NCBI RefSeq assembly: GCF_009834535.1
Contig: NC_045707.1
Location: 61,320,001-61,384,000, forward strand
Direction: 5' to 3'
DNA: 64,000 nucleotides
Source of the DNA: Camelus ferus
Taxonomy: Eukaryota
Under the pieces are notes generated by a model, which ran no database searches, had not been told where the DNA came from, and saw only the letters and a program-made list of their open reading frames with translations. The translations under genes and the position numbers were made by a program. Each line of letters starts with the position of its first letter. Position 1 is the first letter of the stretch. Positions 36,157 through 48,225 of this stretch are shown here, in pieces.

Positions 36157-38534
36157 CTAAAAGATCTCTAAAATCTCTTCCAGATCCAGCATTCTGCAAT
36201 TGCAGCTAATTCATTTGAAAAGGAAAAAAAGAAAAAAGCCTATTTCAAAAAAAAATTTTTGCTTTGAGGCTTTTAAAGTTAAAAATCCTTTGAAATGTGA
36301 ATAATTGGGTCTCCATTCATCTGGGGCTAAATGTTTGTACATCCGAAAAACAGGCTGAATAAAGCCGATTCCTTTGAAATTGGTGCAGTCTGTGAGATCA
36401 TGATGGGTCCTGAACAGAAAGAACTCTGTGAGGGCCATCAGAGTGGCTCTGCCCTTATTTCCTGCTCATCCACACACTAAATCCTGTGAAGTGAGTGTGT
36501 CTGTAATTTCATTCTACAAAGAGGAACACTTCCAGTGTTGCACAGAGTGGCTAGTTGTCCTGGGCAGGGCCATATAGAGTCACACAGAGTAGGGGGAAGT
36601 GGATAAACATCCTGATTGTCCAGGCTATGGTGACTTTTTTGGTACAAATCTTACTTTGGGTGTCATCCCTAGGACTGTTCCCTTCAAGTTGAGGGCAGAA
36701 AATGAATGAGAGTAAACCCTCTTCAGAAGGGACTGCCCACCAACTAGGAAAGCAGATGGTTAGTTGGGTGTCTGACAGATCTTCTCCAGTAGGCCGTAAG
36801 CTCTCAGAGGGAAGGGGTCCTATTTTATTGAATTAAGTGAATTAAGATGGAAGTAGTACCCTTCATTCCCCCATGCTCACATCTGGCCTCTTTCCACTTT
36901 GGCTGTATCCCTCATTTTCCATTTGTAATGTTGAGAGTGTTCATTTATTCTTCAGGGCAGGGAAAAGACAATTTTTTTTGTAACCTCCTATAGTACCCAG
37001 CACTTTGCCAGGTTCTCCAATATTTTCCAGCTCTGTGACTCTGAATAACTCCTTGCTGATTGGTGAATCACCTGGGCTGACTCCAGGGAAAATGAGAAGT
37101 TTTGGATTTGGAACCCTTTGATAAACTCCTGCTTTAGTCTCCCATGGTAGTCCTCCCCTCCGCCATCCCCACTAGTCTGTTTTGAAAAGTATGAATTCTC
37201 AGTTAATCCCTCAGGGTCCCAATCACCCTTAAAGCAGAGGTCAAGACTCAAGGACTGTGGGCTTTAATCATGGTTTAAGGAAACAATTGCCCCCACTTTG
37301 GCATCCTGTCTCATTAGTGACACTCTCACTGGAAGATTCGAGCAGGTAACCAAAAGGAGTTTCTTGGCAAGGTTTCACAGTTTTTAAATCTGTCTTCAAA
37401 TACCAACTACTCCTTTTCTACCTCTCATCTCTTCTTCAGAGGCCAAAGCTTTAACCATTATATAATATATATATATTTGAGCCTGTATTTTGTATTATAC
37501 ATCATGTGTGACTATTACACTAATTTAAAAAAAAAAGATGTTTATTGAAATAAGTTGTTCACTACTGTAAAATTCTAATGATAATCAAACCAGAGCAACA
37601 GAGATTACTTTTCTGAGCATTTGGTCACAGCTTCAACAAATATTGTCTCTTTAAGAAATTATTATAAAAGGATTTCACCTACATTTATAAAGATGTCTTC
37701 TTTTATTTATTCTTTGGTGCTTCTGAATGTTAAATTTTACTGGCATTTCTTTGTCCGTGCTCAGCAAGTTAAGACAGCATCATCATTGATTTCTGAGGCA
37801 TCTTAGAGTAAATATATTTATTCCTTCTTTTTCCTCCAAAGAAATAAAATCTATGTGCTGTGCACGTGGGTTAGGGGAAGTAACAATGGGGGGATTGTTC
37901 CAGTCCTTGGTACTGCCTAACCTCAGAGGTAAGGACTGTAATTCTTTCAAGCACTGTCCTCTAGTGGGGAAAATAAATATTAGCACTTTTAGAACAAGCA
38001 TTGCTGTTCAGAGACTAGCACTTGCAAAGTGACCTTCACTAACCCACTCAGAGCTTTTCCTTTTCCTAAAATTGACCCTTTTTACTCATGTGAGTTAAAG
38101 TATCTGTTAGTAAGAAAAGTTCTGTCATCACGTGTGCCTTTCCCTGTACCAGCTCATCAGAAACTACTGAATAGATAGGTAAAGAGGGCTTGCAGTGAAG
38201 TACAGGTCCCCTGAGCATCATGGTGAAATGCGAAACAAAAAGAGCACAGTGCCTGTATTTTTAAAAATCAGTACTTTAATGGAAGGACTGCTGTGTTGGC
38301 AAAGTTGCCATTCTGAAATTAATGGTTATGTGGAACAAACATGTGCATTTCTTTGACTCCACGAACAACTCAAGTCTGGCTGGCCATCTAATGGGACAGC
38401 TCAGAATTTGTCTTTATACACGTCCCTTTGGGGTCCAATGATTATTCACCTTTTACAGATGGCTATTTCTTAATGTTATTTAGTGCAATGATTAACTTTG
38501 AAATTATGAGTGACTGTAAATCAGGGTCTATCAG

Positions 38535-38750
38535 ATAAAGGTTTTGGGACACTAGAATCAGACAGACCTGAATTAACCAATTATTGGTTAGTTGGCCTTT
38601 TAAAACCTCAGTTTCCTCAACTGTGAAATGGGGTTCATAACAGTTCCTTCCTCAAAGAATATAATCATGAACCCAAGAGATGATGCTGGAAAAATGCTTA
38701 ACACAGCGTCTGGCTTTTCACAAATACTAAATAAACATTAGGTATTCTTT
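38535..38750 (+). mobile_element. MIR SINE
   Basis: 'ctagaatcagacagacctg..cctcagtttcctcaactgtgaaatgggg..tgcttaacacagcgtctggc'. Confidence 0.85.
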
Positions 38751-39834
38751 TATATAGCTTTTGTAATTTTTTTTTTGACATGGCCTCTAGAGAGATCTTT
38801 ATCTCTAATCCATCTCCCAGTAGAGCACGTGGAAGACTATTTAAGAGTCATTACTGAGTTCCCTTTCTCCAGTTCCAGTCTTTGCTCGCTGTGCCTGCTC
38901 AGCTGGACTCATGCTTCTTCCTCTCCATTGAATTTTCATGTTTGACACCTCCTTAGGGGACTGTTCCATATCAGGTGTCATTTCACGTCAAGAAGCCAAA
39001 TTTTGTGACTGCTTATAGACACTCTAGAGCATGCACACAGCCAAGCTGACTGGTCCTGCTATCAGTTCCCAGAATAGTGTTCCGACCTCCACATCTGAAG
39101 GAGCACAGACCACAGGCTTGTAAAAAGGGTGCTCCTGGGAAGCTAAGCTGGGGAGTTAACCTGCGAAACAGTCTACTTTTCATGGCCTCATAGACTATGT
39201 CTAATGCCCTGCAAGGTTAGAAAATAATTTTCAGTGCATCTCTACCATAAACAGCTTTATCCTTCCTATAAACCAGGTCAGTTGCCCAGCGGGAAATGTT
39301 TTCTGCAAGGCTGTTATGGCCAATGGGGGGCTTCTGCACAGCTAAGCTCTGGACACAGTGCTCACCCCTGCTTTTCTCTGAAAGATGCCCTTGAGTCTTC
39401 ATTCTTGCTCAGTGTCCTGTGAAAGATGCTAAAGTCCCTGCCACCTGATCCCAGTGTTTCATTACTGCCTGACCCTGACCTGCCAGTTGACTCTTCCTTC
39501 TTCTTTCCTCATAAACAAAGCTCAGATCTCCCTTGGGCTGGAGAAGGGTTGATGGTTGAGGTTAGAACAAGGGTGAGAAATCCAATTACTTGTTGCAGAA
39601 GCAAACCTATTGTGAATTCCTCAAAGACAGGTATACTGTCTTGTGCTTAAGGGGGGGGAAATCCCGAATGGAAGACTAAAGGGAGGATGCAGTGAGGCAA
39701 TCAACTTCCAAATCTGTTTCTCATAACTGACACTTTGGCACAATTGAGAGAAATGACAAAGTGTGCTCTTATACTTCTTAGAGCTGAGCTCCAAAGACAG
39801 AAGGAAAATGAATCACTAAAAGGCCTTCCCAGTA

Positions 39835-40103
39835 CAGGCATACCTCAGAGATATTGTGGGTTCTGTTCCAGACTACCGCAATAAAGGGAACATCCCAATA
39901 TAAAAGTTACGTTTACGTGACACTGTAGTCTATTAAGGGTTCAACAGCCTTATATCTAAAAGAAACCACTGTACATGTCTTAATTAAAAATACTTTATTA
40001 CTAAAAAAAAATTCTAACCATCATCAGAGCCTTCAATGAGCCATAATCATTGCTCATGGAGGATTTAAAATATTTTGAGAATTACCAAATGTGACACAGA
40101 GAC
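39835..40103. mobile_element. Tigger1-derived (TcMar) non-autonomous fragment
   Basis: TA followed by the TIR 'caggcatacctcagagatattgtgggttctgttccagactaccgcaataaag', as in Tigger1. The other TIR is not seen. Confidence 0.88.
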
Positions 40104-40109
40104 TGTGTT

Positions 40110-40615
40110 TGTATTATATAGGGATGTATTTGCCTGCAAGTAAGAAAAGTTAACCAATAATGGTTTAAACAAATAGGGTTCTCTTTTGGACTTTGCAAGA
40201 AGTCTGGATATATACCATCTCAGAGCTTGTGTAGCAGCTCAGACACATCATGGGAGATTTAGGCTCTCTCTGTCTTAACACTCTGCCATGCTTAGCATCA
40301 TGCTTGTTTCTCATAGTCTCAGGATGGTTGCTGCAGCTCCTGCCGTTATGTCTGTGCTCACAGCTGGGAGAAGGGGAGATAGGTGTGAAGCCAGCTATGT
40401 CTATGTTTTATTTAAAGAGGAAAAAAAAAAACTTTTCACAAAAACTGTAGTAGCATACTTCATATTATGAGTCCTTGACCAGAATTGTGTCACAAGACTT
40501 ATAGAGAGGCTGAGAAATTGAGTATACAGTATTTATAGCCTTGATAGTGACGGCAATCAAGAAAGAATGGGATTGGGAATGAGTGTCAAGCTAGGTAACC
40601 TATAATGTAGATCAC
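40110..40615 (-). mobile_element. Old MaLR LTR (MLT1J/K-like)
   Basis: 'gcctgcaagtaagaaaag..aatggtttaaacaaataggg', 'gatggttgctgcagctcc' and 'ttgaccagaattgtgtcaca'. Confidence 0.7.
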
Positions 40616-41106
40616 AATATTGATTACCAAACCAAAGCAAAACAAAACAGGGACTGCAATGACATTTCAACATAAAACTGGTTGATTTTTGCATCTGCTA
40701 ATTTTCTGAATGAGTAACTAAATGCATACATGTCTCGTCAAAGTGTATAATGTTCCAGTATGTAGAAACTTGGATAAACGAACGAATGAATGAATGAATG
40801 TTCTGAGGAAATTGGCACATAGAAAAGACTTTCTGAAACTCTACCCAGACAGCTGTTTTGACCATTTGACTTTCCATTGCTTATTTCAGTGAAAATTATT
40901 AATATGCCTGAATATAATCTTAATTGGTGAAGTTGGCATGCTTTTTTCTCTTTATCAAATTTATTTTACCCATTATAAAAGCAATACATGTTCATCATAG
41001 AAAATTTAAAAAATAAAGTAGACATAGGAAATAAAACGTCCTAACTACCCACCACATATAAACTCTAGTTTTTTAATTACATTTCGTTCTAGTCTACTTG
41101 CTGTGC

Positions 41107-41303
41107 ATTTTTTTAATTGAAGTATAGTTAATTTATAATGTTGTGTTAGCTTCAGGTGAACAGCAAAGTCATTCATATATATATATATAATTCTTTTTTA
41201 GATTCTTCTCCATTATAGGTTACCACAAGATATTAAATATATAGTTCCCTGTGCTATACAGTAGGTCCTGGTTGTTTATCTATTTTATATACAATAGCGT
41301 GTC
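41107..41303 (-). mobile_element. 5'-truncated artiodactyl-type L1 3' end
   Basis: 'ttttaattgaagtatagttaatttataatgttgtgttagcttcaggtgaacagcaaag' and 'tagttccctgtgctatacagtaggtcc'. Confidence 0.92.
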
Positions 41304-41329
41304 AAGTTAGCATGCTTTTGAAAATTCCA

Positions 41330-41690
41330 TTCAACAATCATTAATCAACCAATGGTTATAAGCTAAGAACTGTACAAGACCAGGGAGATGCAAAGAAAAG
41401 TACGACAAGATTCCGACACTGAAGGAGCAAATGGCCAAGAAGGATAAAAAAGTAAGCAAAGGGGTTTCATAGGACCCTAACATGGGCCGCCTAGCTCTGC
41501 CTGCGAGAATGAGAGAAGTCATGAAGGGCTGTGTGCGTGCTTTTGCATGGTGTGTGGAGAGGGGGATGAAAGGAAAAGGAGGAAGAGAGAAGAGAGGGAG
41601 GCTTTTTCAGACAAAGGGAAAGGCATGTGAAAGGCACAAAGGCACGTGAGTACACATCAAATAAGACACATGTTTGGGTACGGCTGTGTG
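41330..41690 (-). mobile_element. L2 fragment
   Basis: 'cattcaacaatcattaat..' and 'gcatgtgaaaggcacaaaggcacgtgag'. Confidence 0.55.
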
Positions 41691-41900
41691 GCATAGTAAG
41701 AAGTTAATGGATGTTGGCATCAAACATACTTGAGTTTGAATCCCAATTCAGGTTGTTCCTTGTGAGACCTGTTAAGCTCCTGAGTGTCTCAGTTTCCTCA
41801 TCTCTAAAATGGGAAAATACCTCCACGATAGGGAATTTGGAGGATGAAGTGCAATAATATATGCACAACATTGGCTACAGTGTTTGAGACAAAGGACTCA
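41690..41900 (+). mobile_element. MIR SINE
   Basis: 'gagtttgaatccca..tgtgagacct..tctcagtttcctcatctctaaaatggg'. Confidence 0.85.
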
Positions 41901-42029
41901 GTGACTGTATGTGGTAGTGGTTGGCGTTTTCATCAGATGAACAAGGCTAGTCATCATCATGTGAGAAGAATGGGAGACAAGGCAGGAAAGGTCAGCACGT
42001 GTAGAGCAGGAAGGACACAGTGAGGCATG

Positions 42030-42507
42030 GTCGACTGCAAGTTATAGCCACAAAGCCCTCACACCCCTCTAGTCATGCCCCTTTGCAATGTGACGCTGCT
42101 CTTCTTTCTACTAGGAAGTGAAATCTGTTTCTCCAACCTGTCAGATCTTGTGACTCATTTTGACCAATAGGGTGTGGGAGAGGTGACTGTGTGAGCATCT
42201 GAGGTCCCAGGAAACATTTCCAGCTCTTACATTCACTCTTTTGGAATCCAGCTGCCCCACGAGAAGATCCCAGCCAGCCCCCTGGAGAGTCCACATGGAA
42301 CAGAACTGAGGCACCCTGTCCGACATCCCCAGGTGACTGCCACCTTGGGCCTGCCAGTCCCTGTCTGGGCTGCCACCTGACCAGGAAACACATGAGTGGG
42401 TCCTGCAAATACCACCGGGAGACCCAGAATTGTGATGAAATACGTGGGTGTTGTTTGGAGCCACTGAGTTTGGGGTGGTTCGTTACGCAGCAATAGATAA
42501 CTGAAAG
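42030..42507 (+). mobile_element. MaLR solo LTR (MLT1F/G-like)
   Basis: 'catgccctttgcaatgtgac', 'ttgtgactcattttgaccaatag' and the end 'gccactgagtttggggtggttcgttacgcagcaatagataactgaaa'. Confidence 0.88.
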
Positions 42508-42764
42508 AGATGCCTTAGGAAGTTAGATATATCCTAGGAGATAACGAAGAATTGTTGAAAGATTTTAAACAAGGTAATGACCTCAACAGAGTTCTTATTT
42601 TACAAATTTAACTCCCATGTAAGCATAGAGGATACTCTGAATAGGATGTTACTGAAAGCAGACAAAGGAGGCAGGAGGTGTTAGGAGCATAACAGTAAAA
42701 CTTGACGAGGATTTGGAAGATACCAGGAGAACAGCCAAGACAGAACTACCTTCCTGCACATGCA

Positions 42765-42878
42765 TCCTCAGAAGGGTTTAATGCTCTGCAGAATCCTTCT
42801 TGAAATTCTTAATAATTTTTGAACAAGGAGCCTGTGTTTTTACTTTGCACCGGACCCACAAATTGTGTAGCTGGTCCT
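42765..42878. mobile_element. MER45A hAT-Tip100 fragment
   Basis: 'ggtttaatgctctgc..tcttgaaattcttaataatttttgaacaagg..tttgcaccggacccacaaattgtgtagctggtcct'. Confidence 0.85.
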
Positions 42879-43514
42879 AAGGAAGGAACTAACAGAAACA
42901 CCTCCAGGCCTGGCCCATCACAGGAAACAAATGACACAATATATTCCTGATTGTGGCAGCTTTGAATTGTCCGAGGCCCAAGTCAGGATCCAAGTGAAGG
43001 TCTGAGTCCCTCAGGAGCAGTCAAGCTTTGGTTACTCCAATGCTAAAATGAGTGGCAATTCCACACAATAGAAATAGCAAGAATAAGAAAAGTGTTTCTA
43101 ATCTCCCTCCTAAAAGCTTCCTGAGCGGCTTTGAATGAGTCAAGTTTTTCCAGCTTCCTCATTCATGAAATAAGGTGCTGGTCCTGTCCTTACCCAGCTC
43201 ACCAGAGTGTGACAGTTAAAAGACATGTGAATGAAGCACTTGAAATTCCCCACAAAGGAATGCATTCAACTAAACAGAAGTACTAAAAGTAATTCAAGTA
43301 ACAATAATAATCCTCACGCCAGTGTCCTCAACCCAGGTCCTCCTGGGGTGGCTATGACTGCATCCTCTTCAGAATACTTAGAATCAAAAATGCCTGTGGC
43401 TTTTCTGAGATAAGGAGACAATAGTAAATCGATAAGCACTTGACAGGCTGGCTCTGTGTTCACATGGTGTTGACTGTTTTGTTCATTTACATTGTCTTAT
43501 ACTTTATGTCTTCT

Positions 43515-43800
43515 GCATTCATTCATTCATTCATCCATCCAACAATTATTGAACACAATTGATTATGTACCAGGCATCATGTTAGGTGCTAGAAAGAAGA
43601 ACCAGAACGAGTCCCTGCATTTAAGAAGCTCACAGTGTGTAAAGGAGACTGACACACACAGAAAGCAACTAGCGGGTAACATGGCAATGTTAAAACAGTC
43701 ACAAACCATAAATGTTAGTGGAACACATAGAAGGAAACTATTGTCATTGGAAGAGAGAATGAGAGCCTCCCTGAGGAATTAACATTGAATTGCTAGGAAT
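43515..43800 (-). mobile_element. L2 3' end
   Basis: (cattcatt)n followed by 'caacaattattgaacac..tatgtaccaggcatcatgttaggtgct..gtccctgc..gaagctcacagt'. Confidence 0.85.
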
Positions 43801-44149
43801 TAATTTTGGCATGTTAAGAAGAAATAGTGAATTTTTAAGATTAGGGAATTATTCAAAATTTGAAAATAATCCTGCTCTCAGAATGCCATATACATATGGG
43901 CATTATTATTTTTTTTAACAACCATGTTGTTTTTGTTTTCTGAAAAGCCAATCAGCCTTATGACCTGATAATCAGTTGCTGTGTGACCTTGGCAATTCAC
44001 CCAAACGTTTATCAATGAGTATTTTGAGTCCCTTAAACCTTCTGAGCTTCAGTTTCTTCTGAAAATGAGAGATTTAGAAATAGATAATGCATAAGATGGC
44101 TTTGAGATTAAAAAAAAAAACAAAAACCAACCCAACAGACTGATCTTAC

Positions 44150-44244
44150 TTATTTTCTTTAATGGAGGTACTAGGGATTGAACCCAGGATCTCCTGCATG
44201 TTAAGCATATGCTTTACCACTGAGCTATTTCCCTCCCCTCCCCC
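44150..44244 (-). mobile_element. Vic-1-like SINE (short-tail form)
   Basis: atggaggtactagggattgaacccagga..gcatgttaagcatatgctttaccactgagctat. Confidence 0.9.
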
Positions 44245-44469
44245 ACACAAGGCTGCTTTTAAAATGAATAATCAGGACACACTTATGAAACGTTAGCGAT
44301 TTCAGTATGGTTACTGAATACTGAGGGGTGGTACTTATACTCCAAAGGTGCCACCATTGTTCAAAATATTTTTTGCAGCTAAACTTTGGAACTAACTTAA
44401 TGATTGGAGGACTTTAGTGGGAACAAATCTAAGGAATAGGGGAAATTTTTTTTCCTAGAGTAGGAAATC

Positions 44470-44695
44470 CCTTTGTATGGACTTCACCATTCAAAAGATG
44501 CTTTCCATAAACCATCTCATTTGAGCCTAATAGCAACACTGCGAGGTATATTTTAATTTTATTCTCAGTTTACAGATGAGGAAATTGAAGATTATCTGTA
44601 AAAGGATACTGGGCCAGTTGTTAACCTTCTTGAGCCTTAAATTAGCCACAGGGCAGAGTTTCAGTCCCACAAATCCCAAATCTGAAGTTCTCCCG
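44470..44695 (-). mobile_element. MIR fragment
   Basis: 'tctcatttgagcctaatagcaacactgcgaggt..ttacagatgaggaaattgaag'. Confidence 0.75.
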
Positions 44696-44789
44696 TGCTC
44701 ACACACATACTTAGACTACTAGACATCTTCATTTCCCTGATGAATTTATTAAAGCTATGTCAAGCTTGTCTGGATGTCTGGAATTGTCT

Positions 44790-46050
44790 GAACAGCCGCG
44801 TTTTCTCGCCCCCTCGAGATGCCAGTGATCTGGGTTCATGACAAGTTTTCACTCATTGGGGAAGGGGCTGCTTCCTATGATAAGGTTTCACCTGGTGGCC
44901 ATGTGGCGTATTATGACTAATAGAGGCGGTCTAAGCGTGGCTAGAAATAGAGATGTGACTTGCGCATTCCTGGCCTCCTCCTTCAGTTGTGCTAAGCGCT
45001 CACCTTGAATCAAGCTGCCTTTCCTTAGTGCTCACACCGCAGGCTAAACAAGCCAGGGAGGAGGGGCTCCTAATGGGCTCCTAATGGACTCCCGGGCTGC
45101 CATTCATCCTTCTCTTGATTTGCCAGCTTCACCCAGAAACTCTCTTGTCTTCCTCTGCACTCCCGTTCTCTTCCTCCTTTTGTCACACACTCTAAGTGTC
45201 CACAGATGTCAAGTGTGGAAAAAGACATGTGGTGTTAATGCGTTAGTGCTGGCACAAAGGGACTTCCTGGGGAAGATACGGCCCCTCGCGGAGCTGTTCT
45301 GTAGGCTGCGCGTCTATATTTATCACCGCCCGGTGCTGAGTCTCGATTCAAATAGCCTGACAACTTTCGAGCTGGCATGATGCCACCCAGGATATCAGTC
45401 AACGGGCCATCTAGCCGTATCAAGTGCGGCTGTTAAGGGCAGGAATCCTGGCCAGGAATTTCTAAACTGCTGCCTGTGAAGAGGTTCTATGCATTTTGGC
45501 TGGGGGAAGCTTCCAAAAATAAAAGCTAGATACTGCGGCCATTTGTTTGGGACTTTGTAGGGGCGTTATTAGTCACTGGGGGCGGGGACAGGATGGCAGA
45601 GAAGACAGCATGAAATTAAATCGAATTAATCACTCTGACAGGCAGACAGGCAGACGAGAACTGAACCCACGCTTCCCAGAACAATCCATTCTAGGAAATG
45701 GAAAAAGAAAAAGAAAAAGAAAAAAAAAGCATTTAGCCTCACCGAATTGTATTTATATTTCTTCAGAATTGGAAAGCCCAGATGAATACGAGTGTGTGGA
45801 GAGTAAACAACATAGTGGTCTGAGGAGTGTGTGCGCTCTCAGAATTTAGGTAGAAGAGGGTCAGGCTGAAGTTTGTTTCCATCTTCTGTGATTTACTTAC
45901 CGCACATGACGTTTGCTAATTGAGACCTTCCTGATGGAGGAGCAAATCCACTGCCTTTTAAGTTGGAGCTCCAAGTGGCTTTTGAGGGTTGCAAGCCTTT
46001 GAAGGGTGTGAGGTCTCGCACTGGGGCGTCAGGAATATTATATACTTGTT
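44790..46050. promoter_or_regulatory. CpG-enriched, repeat-free candidate cis-regulatory block
   Basis: Raised CpG density, GC box 45578-45587, YY1-like gcggccattt 45535-45544, GAS motifs 45673-45681 and 45689-45697, and FOX-like gtaaaca at ~45803. Confidence 0.5.
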
Positions 46051-46245
46051 TAAGAGCGGGGGCATTTGAGTCAAACAAAACTGGAGTTAATCCTGCTTTC
46101 TCACTGGCAAGCTGTTTTCCTTCTCTATGCCTGTTTCCCCAGTTGTCCAAAAGTAATAATAGTAATACAACTTCCTAAGACGGTTGTGAAGAATAAATAA
46201 GAAATTACAGATAAAGAGTCGCCTGGCTTTTAGTAGGTTCCCAAC
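46050..46245 (+). mobile_element. MIR SINE
   Basis: 'ttaagagcgggggcatttgagtcaaac..tctctatgcctgtttcccc..ggttgtgaagaataaat'. Confidence 0.8.
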
Positions 46246-46364
46246 GGAGATTAAAGAATATCTAACTGACCCACTCGACACATGACTCACATAGGCTAGG
46301 AGCTTTTGTCTTTGCCTGCATCTTCTCGTGGGTTTGGATGCCTGTGCTCTTTTTCCTGGTCTCC

Positions 46365-46775
46365 CAGTGGTGTGATAAAGAGCCAATTGTTAAGTTTTTA
46401 GGAATTTTGAGATCTGATTGTTAAATACTGCCAGTATTTCAAAATAAATAATTAAATGAAAAGGAACACATGATTAACTAAATTATATTTAAAACCAACT
46501 TGATAAATACTTGAAACTCATCACTTCCTATTTCACTGAATTCTACTACTATCTGTACTCTTGAAGTTATTTATGTCTGTTTCGCCCGTTAACACATCAT
46601 ACAATGGCGTGTTATCACCGCGCACGCTTCCCGGCTTATGTTCAATGACATCCCTCTTGTGGCTTGAAAACAGACATCCCTCTAGTGGCTTCTGTAGGCC
46701 ATTGCCTTAAAGAATCAGGCAGATACTATAATTCAGCACCTTTTCCCCAAAGAGCCAATTATTTAACACTTACCG
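46365..46775. mobile_element. MER63 (hAT-Blackjack) element
   Basis: 'cagtggtgtg..gagccaattgttaagtttttaggaattttg', 'aaactcatcacttccta' and the end 'agagccaattatttaacacttacc'. Confidence 0.85.
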
Positions 46776-47949
46776 TAATTCTTAACTCTACACGTGGAAA
46801 AATTGGATTAATTTATGTGAGAACTTATAAAAAGTAATTCTGATAAACTCTTTATGCTTTGTGGGCTCCAACTCTTAAGAATCAAATATATTACATACCT
46901 TGGTATCAGTCTTTCATGAAGTAAAAAAAAAAGTGCCAAACAACACAATTTCCATTTTTAGTGAAGATGTAATTTCTGTAAAACGTGCCACTTAATAAAC
47001 TTTTAAATGAGTATTCATTAATCAAATCTTTTTATTTCTTACTGGTTATTTTTTAAGTACCTGAAAGTTTACCTATTCTTGATTTGGGGTATTTTTGGTT
47101 ACTAACAATCCTAGAATTACTCCTGTTGGTCTCCAAGTATGTGGAGATGTTTCAAAACAAAAATATTAATATGTAACTGTGCATCCATGCTGCTTTGTTT
47201 TTAAAATTTAAAAGTTACCCAGTTCAGTGACTTGCATAGATTAAAAATTGAGTGGAACAGAGGAAGGAGAATGATATTTTCATTTGGAAGATTTGGGTTC
47301 AGGTCCTGCTCATCTCTTAAGTGCTGTGTCCTTGGACCAGCAATCAGTTAATCTTCTATAAAGTCGGCATAACGTGGGTACATATGCCAACATACCACGT
47401 GGCATTGTGAGGATTAATTATGTGGAGGACTCTGGCACACAGTAGATTCTCCAACCCATGCTAATTTACTGTACTATCTAATTAACATTTATTGGTTAAA
47501 TAAATTCAGATCAACTGATTATGCGAGAGAGCCTCAGTATATGCAAGGGGAAAAAATCAGAAGACCAAATTACTTTAGAGTAATTCACTTCCCTAATTTT
47601 GTCTGATTAAAAAAAAATGTCTCCTAACCCAATAATCTGATGTCTCCAAGTGTTATTTTTCTTCTTGGCAACTGCCCTTCACCTACAAAAGCAAGCTTTA
47701 GACTCTCTTCTCCCTGGACTCCTTTACATGACCCTCAAAGTCCTCCAAAATCCTCCTTCAGTCTCCTCTTTCTTAACTGCTCTGCTGATCCTGCCCAAAT
47801 GCTCCACTCCAGCCAAGCCTGGTCCTTAGTAGTCTTTAATTCAGCAATGTTCTTGATTTTCTCTCTCTTTTTTTTTTTTTTTTTACCTAAAACGTCATCC
47901 TCTCCACTTTTCTAGTAGGAAAATAATGATAATCTTTTCAGTCACAATC

Positions 47950-48225
47950 TTTCTTCCTTTTTTCAATACTTCTTGGTGATCTTCTTATACCATCAGGATT
48001 CTCTCTTGATTTCCCCAAACTTTAAGTTCCCAAAGTCCTTACTAACAACACTTCTCATTGCACTGGTGTTTCAGTGGTGCATGAATCAGTGTGAATATAT
48101 TTATCTCATCACCTAGAGGGTAAACTCCTTGATAGTTTCGATTTTCCGTAACTTCTCTCCTCATCACCCAGTGCCTAGCACTCTGCCAGGCAAACAATGT
48201 ACCTTTAGTAGATGTTGGAATCTGC
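47950..48225 (+). mobile_element. L2 3' fragment
   Basis: 'ctagagggtaaactccttga..ccccagtgcctagcactctgccaggca'. Confidence 0.65.

Noticed and set aside
45895..45910. GFPT1/GFPT2 or ASNS first exon, suggested by an 'MCG'-like start
   Set aside because: No downstream exons of those proteins are visible and there is no full CpG-island promoter.
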